The notes under the pieces: model-generated
What the model was told of the DNA's origin: nothing
Databases searched by the model: none
Seen by the model: the letters and a program-made list of their open reading frames with translations, nothing else
Translations under genes and position numbers: made by a program
DNA from: an uncultured delta proteobacterium
GTDB taxonomy: Bacteria > Desulfobacterota > Syntrophobacteria > Syntrophobacterales > Syntrophobacteraceae
Assembly (NCBI GenBank): GCA_963808625.1
Contig: CAWEHK010000054.1
Coordinates: 19,123-83,122, forward strand
DNA: 64,000 bases
Direction: 5' to 3'
In this document: one piece after another, positions 39,053 through 47,261 of the stretch
Layout of the letters: every line of letters begins with the position of its first letter
Numbering within the stretch: position 1 is the first letter of the stretch

Positions 39053-39323
39053 CCATGGAGCTCCGTGGGTTTTGAAGTCGCTATGCAAAATAAAACACCC
39101 GGAAGAGGCCGCCACCCCTTTCCGGGCACATTTCACTGCTCATGCCGGATCGGACATTCACCGGTTCACATGGATTTCGAAATGAAAACACCACAGCCAC
39201 GAGCCCGAATCCAACATGATCGCATTCAGCTAATCATTGGAATGGGTATCGAGTCTCCCATCCCGTCTGTGCTCATGTTTCGTTTCGACCTTTGGGGGCC
39301 GTCCAAAAATAAAAGGCCTTCTC

Positions 39324-39409
39324 TTACCACGAAGAGTACGAAGCGATTTCTTCGCGTTCTTCGTGGTTCGAAAAAGGGCTGAAATGAGTGCAGCTTGTTC
39401 TTGGACAGT
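39324..39409. repeat. Composite repeat D (CTTCGTG-type hairpin + GGGCTGAAATGAGTGCARCTTGTTYTTGGACAGT tail), copy 1
   Basis: TTACCACGAAGAGTACGAAG...CTTCGCGTTCTTCGTGGTTCGAAAAAGGGCTGAAATGAGTGCAGCTTGTTCTTGGACAGT. The inverted copy lies at 54925..55019. Confidence 0.8.
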
Positions 39410-39562
39410 CTCTCAGCAGGGTGTTGAAAACACCCGCCCCCAGCCTCACCCCGGCGGAAGCCGGGGTCCAGAAAACCATGCGGAGCCCGGTTTCCGGTTT
39501 TCACCGGTTGACGGACAGGGCCTTGGCGACGCTTTTTCAACAACCTGTCAGGGTAAGGAGGG

Positions 39563-39949
39563 CTAGTAAGGACGTCTGCCTCCACCTGACCGATCACCCG
39601 AGCCGCCCCCGCCTCGACCTCTGCCCCCAAAGCCACCACCTCCGCCTGAGCGACCGCCGGAACCGTAGCCACCCCCGCTACGTCCACGGCTTTGGCCGCC
39701 GCGACTCTCACGGGGCTTTGCCTCATTTACGGTGAGAACTTGACCGCCAAGCTCTTTGCCGCTGAGTCCGGCGATGGCGGCCAATGCCTGGTCGCGGTCC
39801 GGCATCTCAACAAAAGCAAAGCCTCGAGACTTGTGAGTGTATTGGTCCATGATGATCTTAACCGAATCCACTTCACCAAATGCCTCAAATTCCTTCTGTA
39901 ATTCACCTTCAGTGGTCTTAAACGATAGATTTCCGACAAAGATGTTCAT
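39563..39949 (-). CDS. RRM-type RNA-binding protein with Gly/Arg-rich tail
   Basis: MNIFVGNLSFKTTEGEL (RNP2) and KSRGFAFVEM (RNP1), with a C-terminal RGG/GGS tail. AAGGAGAAGAG lies 9 nt upstream of the ATG at 39949. Confidence 0.9.
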   Translation of the reverse strand: MNIFVGNLSFKTTEGELQKEFEAFGEVDSVKIIMDQYTHKSRGFAFVEMPDRDQALAAIAGLSGKELGGQVLTVNEAKPRESRGGQSRGRSGGGYGSGGRSGGGGGFGGRGRGGGGSGDRSGGGRRPY

Positions 39950-40331
39950 AAAGATCCTTCTCTTCTCCTTGAAAAACAAATGCCTGTAACCAAACCCGTT
40001 TAGACCTGCCTGACCTGAATGTGGACAAAAAGTCCGCTCGGGAAATAGTCACTTTGAGACATCGCTCGGTTAGGGGTGATGATTCAAGTTCGCGGAGCCA
40101 GATATGCGACAGAAGTGATCGTGAATTTGGCGCCCCAAAAAACACTCATTGGCCGTTGTCGCCAGTTGTAGAAATCAGCTTAATCCAAGAGGGTGATCGA
40201 AATCAAGCGATAAGCGCCAAGATTAGCAGAAGGACGATCCCGTTTTTTGTTTTCAACCGGTACAAACGTCTCTATTATTACCCCGCGCCGACCTGTCCGA
40301 CCCTTGGAAATTTTGGAGCATGTGTGAAGAT

Positions 40332-40357
40332 TTGGCAGGCTGGAAAGCCTGCCCCAC
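40332..40357. repeat. REP family C hairpin (GGCAGGCTGGAAAGCCTGCCCCACAC)
   Basis: Same element as both arms of the palindrome at 56547..56605. Confidence 0.7.
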
Positions 40358-40595
40358 ACAGCTTTATGGTCGTCACCTCGATATTAGAGATCACTTTCAT
40401 GGAGGCGGGCGGTTGGCCAGCGTCATTTCTCCGGCAAAACTGCAAAACGCTGCAGCGACGATCGATGCCCTGGGGATTGAAAGCCAGGTCATCAAAACGG
40501 CGTTCATGATCTCGGCCCTGATTGCCGTGGTTGCCTCTCTCATGGGATTGTTCCTGGCCTGAGCTCCCGGCATCGCCAGCACTGGATGACAAGAG

Positions 40596-41198
40596 ATGAC
40601 GGATTCTTGTTCCCACACAATGGGCAAAGGTGACGATGTATCCCTTATCCTGAAAGCCTTCAAATTCGCCGCCGGCAAGCACCGCGATCAACGCCGAAAG
40701 GATGAGCGGGCATCTCCTTACATCAATCACCTGATCACGGTGGCAGAGACGCTCCGGGCAATCGGCGGCATCCGCGAAGTCGCGACGTTGGCCGCCGGGA
40801 TCCTGCACGACATTATTGAGGACACCGCCACTTCTTTCGAAGAACTGGAGCGGGAATTCGGCCCGATGATCACCAGCATCGTAAGAGAACTCACCGATGA
40901 TAAACAACTGCCAAAGCTCGTTAGAAAACGTCTTCAAATCGAACACAGTGCGCACCTCTCGACGCCCGCACGCCACGTCAAAATTGCTGACAAAATCAGT
41001 AATCTTGATGACATCATTCACTCCCCTCCCGCAAGGTGGCCTCTTGAAAGGCAGGAGGAATACGTTATCTGGGCGGGCGAAGTGATCGATGGTTTGCGGG
41101 GCAGCAACGAGGCCCTCGAGCAGTGTTTTGACCGACTCTTCGCCGAGGCGCTGAATAAGATCGAAAAGAAGAAGAAGGGCCGACCACTGACGACGTGA
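40596..41198 (+). CDS. HD-domain (p)ppGpp-hydrolase-like protein (small alarmone hydrolase / MESH1-like)
   Basis: AAGKHRDQRRKDERASPYINHLITVA...GILHDIIEDT is the HD signature of the RelA/SpoT hydrolase fold. The start may be 40596 or 40620. Confidence 0.7.
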   Translation: MTDSCSHTMGKGDDVSLILKAFKFAAGKHRDQRRKDERASPYINHLITVAETLRAIGGIREVATLAAGILHDIIEDTATSFEELEREFGPMITSIVRELTDDKQLPKLVRKRLQIEHSAHLSTPARHVKIADKISNLDDIIHSPPARWPLERQEEYVIWAGEVIDGLRGSNEALEQCFDRLFAEALNKIEKKKKGRPLTT

Positions 41199-41249
41199 CA
41201 TAAACCTTGCCAAAACCCGGCAAGAATGGTGCAATTTTGAAAGGAGGGA

Positions 41250-41561
41250 ATGCCAATGGTTATCATGCACGTTTTTATCCAGGTAAAACCCGAGTGCCTT
41301 GAAGCCTTTAAAGCGGCAACGGTGGAAAACGCCAGGAACAGCGTTCAGGAGCCGGGGATTGCCCGCTTCGATGTGATTCAGCAAGAGGATGATCCGACCC
41401 GATTTGCGCTCGTCGAGGTCTACCGCACGGCAGAAGCCCCCGCCCGACACAAGGAAACGGCTCACTACAAAAAATGGCTCGAAACGGCGGAACCGATGAT
41501 GGCGGCTCCCCGGACGAGGACCTTCTACACCAACGTTTTTCCGGACGATCCCGACTGGTGA
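41250..41561 (+). CDS. Antibiotic-biosynthesis-monooxygenase (ABM) fold protein
   Basis: 103 aa. [18 protein letters not shown]...[39 protein letters not shown] is the typical ABM pattern. Confidence 0.7.
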   Translation: MPMVIMHVFIQVKPECLEAFKAATVENARNSVQEPGIARFDVIQQEDDPTRFALVEVYRTAEAPARHKETAHYKKWLETAEPMMAAPRTRTFYTNVFPDDPDW

Positions 41562-41581
41562 GAGGGTCTGGTGAGGATTTG

Positions 41582-42736
41582 ATGCGCTTCGAATTTGCCA
41601 CGTCCGGAAGGATCCTCTTTGGTGCGGGGACACTGCGCGAGGTCGCTCCTGTCGCAGCGGGCTTCGGAAAGCGCGCCCTGGTGGTGACGGGGCGCACCGT
41701 CGCGCGAGCGGAATGGCTGCTTGCGGACCTGAAGTCAGCCGGCATGACCTGTACCACTTTTACCGTGAGCGGGGAACCAACTCTCGAGACGGTTCATTCC
41801 GGGGTCGAGCTCGCAAGGGGCGCAGGGTGTGAAGTGGTAATCGCGTTTGGGGGCGGCAGTGTCATCGATGCCGCCAAGGCCATTGCGGCGATGCTCACCA
41901 ACCCTGGCGAGCTGCTCGATTACCTCGAGGTCATCGGCCGAGGACAGGCGCTTACGCAAGCCCCGGCGCCGTATCTGGCGGTTCCCACCACGGCGGGAAC
42001 GGGAGCGGAAGTGACGCGCAACGCGGTCCTGGCTTCGCCCGACCACCGGGTCAAGGTCAGCTTGCGGAGCCCTTTGATGCTGCCCCGCCTGGCGGTGGTC
42101 GACCCGGAGTTGACCTACTCCCTGCCCCCGGATCTCACCGCCGGTACCGGCCTTGATGCCCTGACCCAGCTCATTGAACCCTACGTCTGCAAGAACCCGA
42201 ACCCGATTACGGATGCGCTCTGCCGTGAGGGCATGCGAAACGCGGCCTGGGCGCTGCGGCGCGCGCATGCCGACGGGGGTGATGCCCTGGCCCGCGAAGC
42301 CATGGCCCTGGCAAGCCTTCTCGGGGGCATGGCCCTGGCCAACGCCAAACTTGGGGCCGTGCACGGACTCTCCGGGACCCTGGGAGGGCTGTTCCCCGCA
42401 CCCCACGGCATGATCTGTGCCCGCCTGCTGCCCCTGGTCATGGCGACGAATGCCCAGGCGCTGGAGGCCCGTACCGCGGCCTCTCCAACACGCGAACGTT
42501 TCGCCGAGGTCGCACAGATTCTAACCGGGTCCTCGACCGCAACCATCAGCGATGGCCTGGCCTGGCTCGAGGCTCTCTGCGCCGACCTGGCCGTGCCGCC
42601 TTTGTCCCGTTTTGGCGTGAACGAAAACGCCTTCCCTGAAATCATCGCGCAAGCCCAAAAGGCCAGCAGCATGAAAGGCAATCCTGTTGAACTGACGGAC
42701 GATGAATTGGCAGCTATTCTGCGACGAGCGCTTTAG
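41582..42736 (+). CDS. Iron-containing alcohol dehydrogenase family protein
   Basis: MRFEFATSGRILFGAG...VIAFGGGSVIDAAKAIA...VPTTAGTGAEVT...GAVHGLS. Start taken at the internal Met; the ORF is open to 41474. Confidence 0.85.
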   Translation: MRFEFATSGRILFGAGTLREVAPVAAGFGKRALVVTGRTVARAEWLLADLKSAGMTCTTFTVSGEPTLETVHSGVELARGAGCEVVIAFGGGSVIDAAKAIAAMLTNPGELLDYLEVIGRGQALTQAPAPYLAVPTTAGTGAEVTRNAVLASPDHRVKVSLRSPLMLPRLAVVDPELTYSLPPDLTAGTGLDALTQLIEPYVCKNPNPITDALCREGMRNAAWALRRAHADGGDALAREAMALASLLGGMALANAKLGAVHGLSGTLGGLFPAPHGMICARLLPLVMATNAQALEARTAASPTRERFAEVAQILTGSSTATISDGLAWLEALCADLAVPPLSRFGVNENAFPEIIAQAQKASSMKGNPVELTDDELAAILRRAL

Positions 42737-43155
42737 ATTTCGGATGGCGGATTTCGGATTTCGGATGTTAAAATACATGGCTATGCAATCAATTCGGGTG
42801 GCTTCGTGGATCTTCGTGTGATTTCGTAGAAAGCTTCTGGTGGATGGCGGATTTAGAAGTATCGTCGTCCAACTGCAATGGCATATCGTATAGGCTGGAC
42901 TTAAAACTCTGACCGCGAACTTTGATCAACAACTCTTCTCAAAGAACATGAAGAGCACGACGGACCCAAGGGACCCGAAGGAATGCTTTCAGAATAATCT
43001 CTCTGCTCTTTTTCGTGATTTTTGTGTCTTCCGTGGTAAAGAAAAGACGAATCCCTGCACGATTACGATCAAGATAATCCGCGAATGAACACAAAGAAAC
43101 ACCAAGAAGAGATAAGACCATCAACTTCGTGCATCTTCGTGTCCCTTCGTGGAAA
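42735..43155. repeat. Intergenic repeat field (GGATTTCGGAT tandem units; several degenerate CTTCGTG-type hairpins)
   Basis: AGATTTCGGATGGCGGATTTCGGATTTCGGATG (42735..42767). GCTTCGTGGATCTTCGTGTGATTTCGTA (42801..42828). ACTTCGTGCATCTTCGTGTCCCTTCGTGG (43124..43152). Confidence 0.65.
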
Positions 43156-43195
43156 AGAAAATGCAAGTTTATTGACCGTCGGATGAAGGAACCCC

Positions 43196-44080
43196 ATGGA
43201 TCGGTTCAAGCAACTCGAGACCGAGGTGGAGGCCCTCAAAGCCGCCGTCTCCACATTGCAGGACGAAGTTGCTGCTCTGCGTGAAGCGCAGCGGGCCAGC
43301 CGTCATCCGGTCGAGGCCCTGCTCTGGCAGCGCGGCCTGCCGGTCATTGCCCACGGGGACCACACGCACACGCTTCTCCCCCGCAGCCTTTCCGCCTCTG
43401 GAAAAGAGCGTTTCTACGAGCTCATGCGCCGCTATTCCTTCAGGCTTTTCCTGAGGGACCTCATCCAGTTTCCCGAGGGCGCGGAGCTCGCGGTCCTGAC
43501 CCGCTACTGCTCGCTGCGAACGGTGCGAGCCTACCTCAGGGACCTTGCTGAATTGGGTATTGTCGCCTTTGGCAACGACCGAACCTACCGTCTCATCTCA
43601 CAGCAGGTCAGCAGCTTTGGCCCGACCTTGGAATGGTACGTGAGCGAGATTTTCCAGCGCGAGTTCATGGCCCCGGTGCTGTTCAATGTTCGCCTGCAGC
43701 ACACCCGTTATGGAGGGGATTATGACGTCATTGCCATGGTCAGCGGACACCTCGTCTATGTGGAGGTAAAATCCTCGCCGCCACGAGGCGTCGAGCTGCC
43801 AGCCGTTGCGGCCTTCCTCCACCGGCTTCGCGACCTCCAGCCGCACATGGCCGTCTTCTTTGTGGATACCGAACTGCGCATGAAGGACAAGATCGTCCCG
43901 CTTTTTGGCGAAGCGCTGGCCGCCGGTAACGCGCCCCCGGAATCGTGCCCGGTGACGCGCCTGATCAATGAAATTTTTCATATCCAGCACACCATTTATC
44001 TGGTGAACAGCAGGAAAGGGATCACCACCAACCTGCGCTATTGCTTCCGCGATTTTCTCCGGACGCGGAAGATCGGTTGA
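43196..44080 (+). CDS. Uncharacterised protein: N-terminal coiled coil + winged-HTH-like segment + PD-(D/E)xK-like nuclease-fold core
   Basis: 294 aa. LETEVEALKAAVSTLQDEVAALREAQ, ..LTRYCSLRTVRAYLRDLAELGIVAFGNDRTYRL.., and ..GGDYDVIAMVSGHLVYVEVKSS.. (D...ExK pattern). Domain calls were made by eye only. Confidence 0.55.
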   Translation: MDRFKQLETEVEALKAAVSTLQDEVAALREAQRASRHPVEALLWQRGLPVIAHGDHTHTLLPRSLSASGKERFYELMRRYSFRLFLRDLIQFPEGAELAVLTRYCSLRTVRAYLRDLAELGIVAFGNDRTYRLISQQVSSFGPTLEWYVSEIFQREFMAPVLFNVRLQHTRYGGDYDVIAMVSGHLVYVEVKSSPPRGVELPAVAAFLHRLRDLQPHMAVFFVDTELRMKDKIVPLFGEALAAGNAPPESCPVTRLINEIFHIQHTIYLVNSRKGITTNLRYCFRDFLRTRKIG

Positions 44081-44205
44081 TAGTTGATGGTTTGTGGTTC
44101 GTGGTCGGAGACTGGCCACCAGCCACTAATGGCCGTGGCAAAAGGAGGGCGGGTTTTCCAACCCGCCTGCCCGGCGTTGCAGGAAAACGCGGAGGAGGTG
44201 CTGCT

Positions 44206-45762
44206 TTGACTGAGGAAAATGCCTGGAAAATTCTCTTGATTGATGACGACCCGGGGATTCGCAAAGTGATGGCCATCACCCTGGCAGATTCCGGCTATGA
44301 GGTGGTGACCGCTCCGGATGGGGAAACCGGCCTCCAATTGTTCCAGGCGGAAGCGCCTCAAATCGTCATCACCGACATCCGCATGCCGGGCATGGATGGC
44401 ATTGAGGTTTTGAGGAGGATCAAAGGCCTGGACCCCGCCGGAGAAGTGATTGTAGCGACCGCCTTCAGTGATCTGAAATTGGCCATTGAAGCGCTGCAAC
44501 TGGATGCTTCCGACTTCATCACCAAACCCATCGATGATGACGCGCTCACGGTAGCCCTCAAGCGCGCACGGGAACGCTACACCACCCGCAAGGAGCTGAA
44601 TGACTACACCGCACTCATCGAAGAGAGATGGATGAGCACGGCGGAAGAACTGGCGAAGACCTTTCATTTCCAGCAGATGCTTATCGAGAGCTCCATTGAC
44701 GGCATCACCGCCTGCGATCGCGAAGGTAAGATCGTCATCTTCAACCGGACGATGGCGGAGATGCTGGGCTATACCAGGGAAGAAGCGGTGGGGAAGAAGT
44801 ATCTCAACGACTTTTTCGCCCCGGGAGAGGCGGAAGAGTTCGCAGCCAAGATGGCTTCGGAGGAATTTGGCGGGACGGACCGGCTCTTCCTCTATGAAAC
44901 CATCCTTGTGGACCGCAAAGGTGACAAGGTTCCGGCTCAGGTCTCGGCGGTGACGCTCGTTGAGGAAAGCCGGAATTTTGGCATTGTGGGGTTTTTTCGA
45001 GACCTGACGAGCATCAGAAAGCTGACCCAGCAGTTTGCCGACCAGGCCCGGATGCTGCACCAGGATAAAATGGTATCACTGGGCCGACTGGCGGCCAGCG
45101 TCGTTCACGAAATCAATAACCCCCTCTCCGGGCTGCTCAATTACGCCCGCCTCATGCTCAAGATCATCGGCAGGGGACCGTTGAACCAGGAATCCACGCA
45201 AAAGTTCCATGGCTACCTTTCCCTTATGGAAGGAGAACTGAGCCGATGTTCCTCCATCGTCTCGAACCTCCTTTCCTTTTCCCGCAAGTCCAAACTCGAG
45301 TTCAACGAAGTCAATGTCAACGATCTCCTGGCGAAATGCCTCATGCTGAGCGAGCACAAGCTCGGTCTTCAGCACATCAAGATCCAAACCCGATTGCCGG
45401 CCCAACCGCCAACGGTGCTGGGTGACTTCAATCAACTTCAGCAATGCATCATCAATCTCATCTTCAACGCGATCGATGCCATGCCTGAGGGCGGGGTCCT
45501 CACCATCGAGTGCCTCCTGGACTCTCCGCAGAAACTCGTTATCGTGCAAATCCACGACACCGGTCACGGGATTGACAAGAAGGACCTGCCGCATATTTTC
45601 GATCCCTTTTTCACCACCAAGACCGAAGGAAAGGGATTGGGACTCGGGCTCTCAACGGTTTATGGCATCATCGACCGGCACAAAGGCACGATCACCGTTG
45701 AAAGCCAGCCCGAGAAGGGAGCGACCTTCACGATCAAGCTGCCCATGGGCGGCAAAGGGTGA
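44206..45762 (+). CDS. Hybrid REC-PAS-HisKA-HATPase sensor kinase
   Basis: GGAGGAGG 7 nt before TTG-44206 (start uncertain; ORF open from 44041). ILLIDDDPG...DIRMPGMDG (REC), a PAS-like segment, SVVHEINNPL (H-box), HDTGHGI...GKGLGLGLS (ATPase). Confidence 0.8.
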   Translation: MTEENAWKILLIDDDPGIRKVMAITLADSGYEVVTAPDGETGLQLFQAEAPQIVITDIRMPGMDGIEVLRRIKGLDPAGEVIVATAFSDLKLAIEALQLDASDFITKPIDDDALTVALKRARERYTTRKELNDYTALIEERWMSTAEELAKTFHFQQMLIESSIDGITACDREGKIVIFNRTMAEMLGYTREEAVGKKYLNDFFAPGEAEEFAAKMASEEFGGTDRLFLYETILVDRKGDKVPAQVSAVTLVEESRNFGIVGFFRDLTSIRKLTQQFADQARMLHQDKMVSLGRLAASVVHEINNPLSGLLNYARLMLKIIGRGPLNQESTQKFHGYLSLMEGELSRCSSIVSNLLSFSRKSKLEFNEVNVNDLLAKCLMLSEHKLGLQHIKIQTRLPAQPPTVLGDFNQLQQCIINLIFNAIDAMPEGGVLTIECLLDSPQKLVIVQIHDTGHGIDKKDLPHIFDPFFTTKTEGKGLGLGLSTVYGIIDRHKGTITVESQPEKGATFTIKLPMGGKG

Positions 45763-45818
45763 GGATACCGATAGACTTGCCCACAGCAGCTTGTTGGCTT
45801 CGTGCGCCTGCTCGCTGT

Positions 45819-46108
45819 CTATCTTCTCTTCAAATAGGACTTCAGATCACGATAGTAATTTTTATGGGGACCGATCATGATGAGCTCGAGATCTTCTCCA
45901 ATGATTCGGTATGATAACATGATAACAGATACAAGCTGTTTTGGATCTTGAACTTATGCACAAAAATTCCCCTCAAATCACCTTTCTTCTCAGAACCGAT
46001 CGCTGGGTTTTGGATAATTTTCTTGATTTCATTATCCAATTCCAGTTTTTGCTGCTTTTCGAATTTCTTAATTGTTCTCGCAAAGGAACCTGATTGAAAG
46101 ACTCTCAT
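45819..46108 (-). pseudogene. RelE/ParE-family toxin inactivated by an 8-bp tandem duplication
   Basis: MRVFQSGSFARTIKKFEKQ...NPAIGSEKKGDLRGIFVHKFKIQNSLYLLS, then ATGATAAC-ATGATAAC (45911..45926) shifts the frame. Deleting one copy restores ..YRIIGEDLELIMIGPHKNYYRDLKSYLKRR*. Confidence 0.8.
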
Positions 46109-46115
46109 GCTTCTC

Positions 46116-46334
46116 TCAATCGAATTCGTATGGTGTTTTCTCGCCCTGATCCAGCTCCACAATTCCTATTAGAATTTCTTTTATCAAATCATAGGTGAGA
46201 TCAGGGTTTTCCTCTGCACACTTGCCAACTCTCGCCCAATGCTCGATCTGTCCTGTCAGTGATCGGTGGTCAATCCTGCTGAATTTCTTGGCTTCATTAA
46301 GCAATTCGTCCGAAATCCTTACCGCAGTCGGCAT
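46116..46334 (-). CDS. ParD-like antitoxin
   Basis: 72 aa. MPTAVRISDELLNEAKKFSRIDHRSLTGQIEHWARVGK. Lies immediately upstream of the broken relE/parE gene. Confidence 0.6.
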   Translation of the reverse strand: MPTAVRISDELLNEAKKFSRIDHRSLTGQIEHWARVGKCAEENPDLTYDLIKEILIGIVELDQGEKTPYEFD

Positions 46335-46409
46335 CCTGATACCTCCGTGTTCGCTGTTATGCTTGTGTGCAGTCTAGAGCATTTCATAGCAAAATACAAT
46401 GCTCTGAAT

Positions 46410-46760
46410 TTACAATACTGAGTTGTCGGCCGGCTGTCGTTGCGCGTCCGGTTCATGCGCTTGCCTGGCCATCATCCTGGGAAGGGCTTGCAAATTCCTG
46501 GTACGAGAACTCTTGAAGCCGTGCGTTGGTGGGTGGATGCTCATGGTCATGCTCACCAGGATTCCCTCGGGCGCTTCGAACCGGTTGCCTGGTGGAACGC
46601 ACTGTTCATCGAGCTTTATCAGCGTGTCGAGAAGATCGAGCCTTCGGGTGGCAATTCCCGATAACGGCTTTGGGCAGGCTTTGCGTGCCGCCTTCATGAT
46701 CCTGCCGTTGAAAACGTCTTCCGTGCCCTCATTCTTTAACGCAACAATCATATCAATCAA
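46410..46760 (-). CDS. HigB-like (plasmid-maintenance killer) toxin, C-terminal half divergent or degenerate
   Basis: ..NEGTEDVFNGR...ATRRLDLLDTLIKLDEQCVPPGNRFEA fits the HigB N-half. The expected ..GxxSIRINDQWRICF.. region is unrecognisable. No HigA-like gene is adjacent. Confidence 0.45.
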   Translation of the reverse strand: MIDMIVALKNEGTEDVFNGRIMKAARKACPKPLSGIATRRLDLLDTLIKLDEQCVPPGNRFEAPEGILVSMTMSIHPPTHGFKSSRTRNLQALPRMMARQAHEPDAQRQPADNSVL

Positions 46761-47261
46761 ACAGCAGGGGTGTCATGACAACCTCGAAAGTGGCAGGGAA
46801 AGAAAGGTCGTCAACTCCCAGGGTGTGCTCAGCTCAGCCTTGCACATGCCCTGACTGAAACACGATTGTTCTTCAAGCTCCTGATTGCCACTGCTGCCGT
46901 GGAACTCTGGGCTTCCATCAGGGCAGCATTTGTCCTCTGCCGTACTCGACATCGTGTGCCGTCTCAGCCTGGCCGCCAATTCCCCGGAGATCGGCAGGAA
47001 TATCGCAGAAACGGCCGCGGCTTGGAAAAGCGCCGCCTGGGACGCCGACCCAAGAGCAAAGAACCAACCCCGCTACCACCAGGACCGGAACCCCGCACAG
47101 ACAGCAAGGGCGCAACTCTTCTGTTAAGTTACCGGGATTAGGCCCGGCCCAGTCCGCCGTCCGCGAGCTCAATGAGTCCGAGTCCGGGCTAGTCGGATAG
47201 ATCAGGCGCGATCCTGGCGACATCATTCTTACCTATCCTATAAGAAAATATGACCTTGAAT

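Noticed and set aside
40278-41633. 451-aa ORF on the minus strand
   Set aside because: It runs antisense across two plus-strand genes with clear family signatures (HD hydrolase 40596..41198, ABM protein 41250..41561). Its product is low-complexity Arg/Gly/Pro-rich, typical of a shadow ORF in GC-rich DNA.
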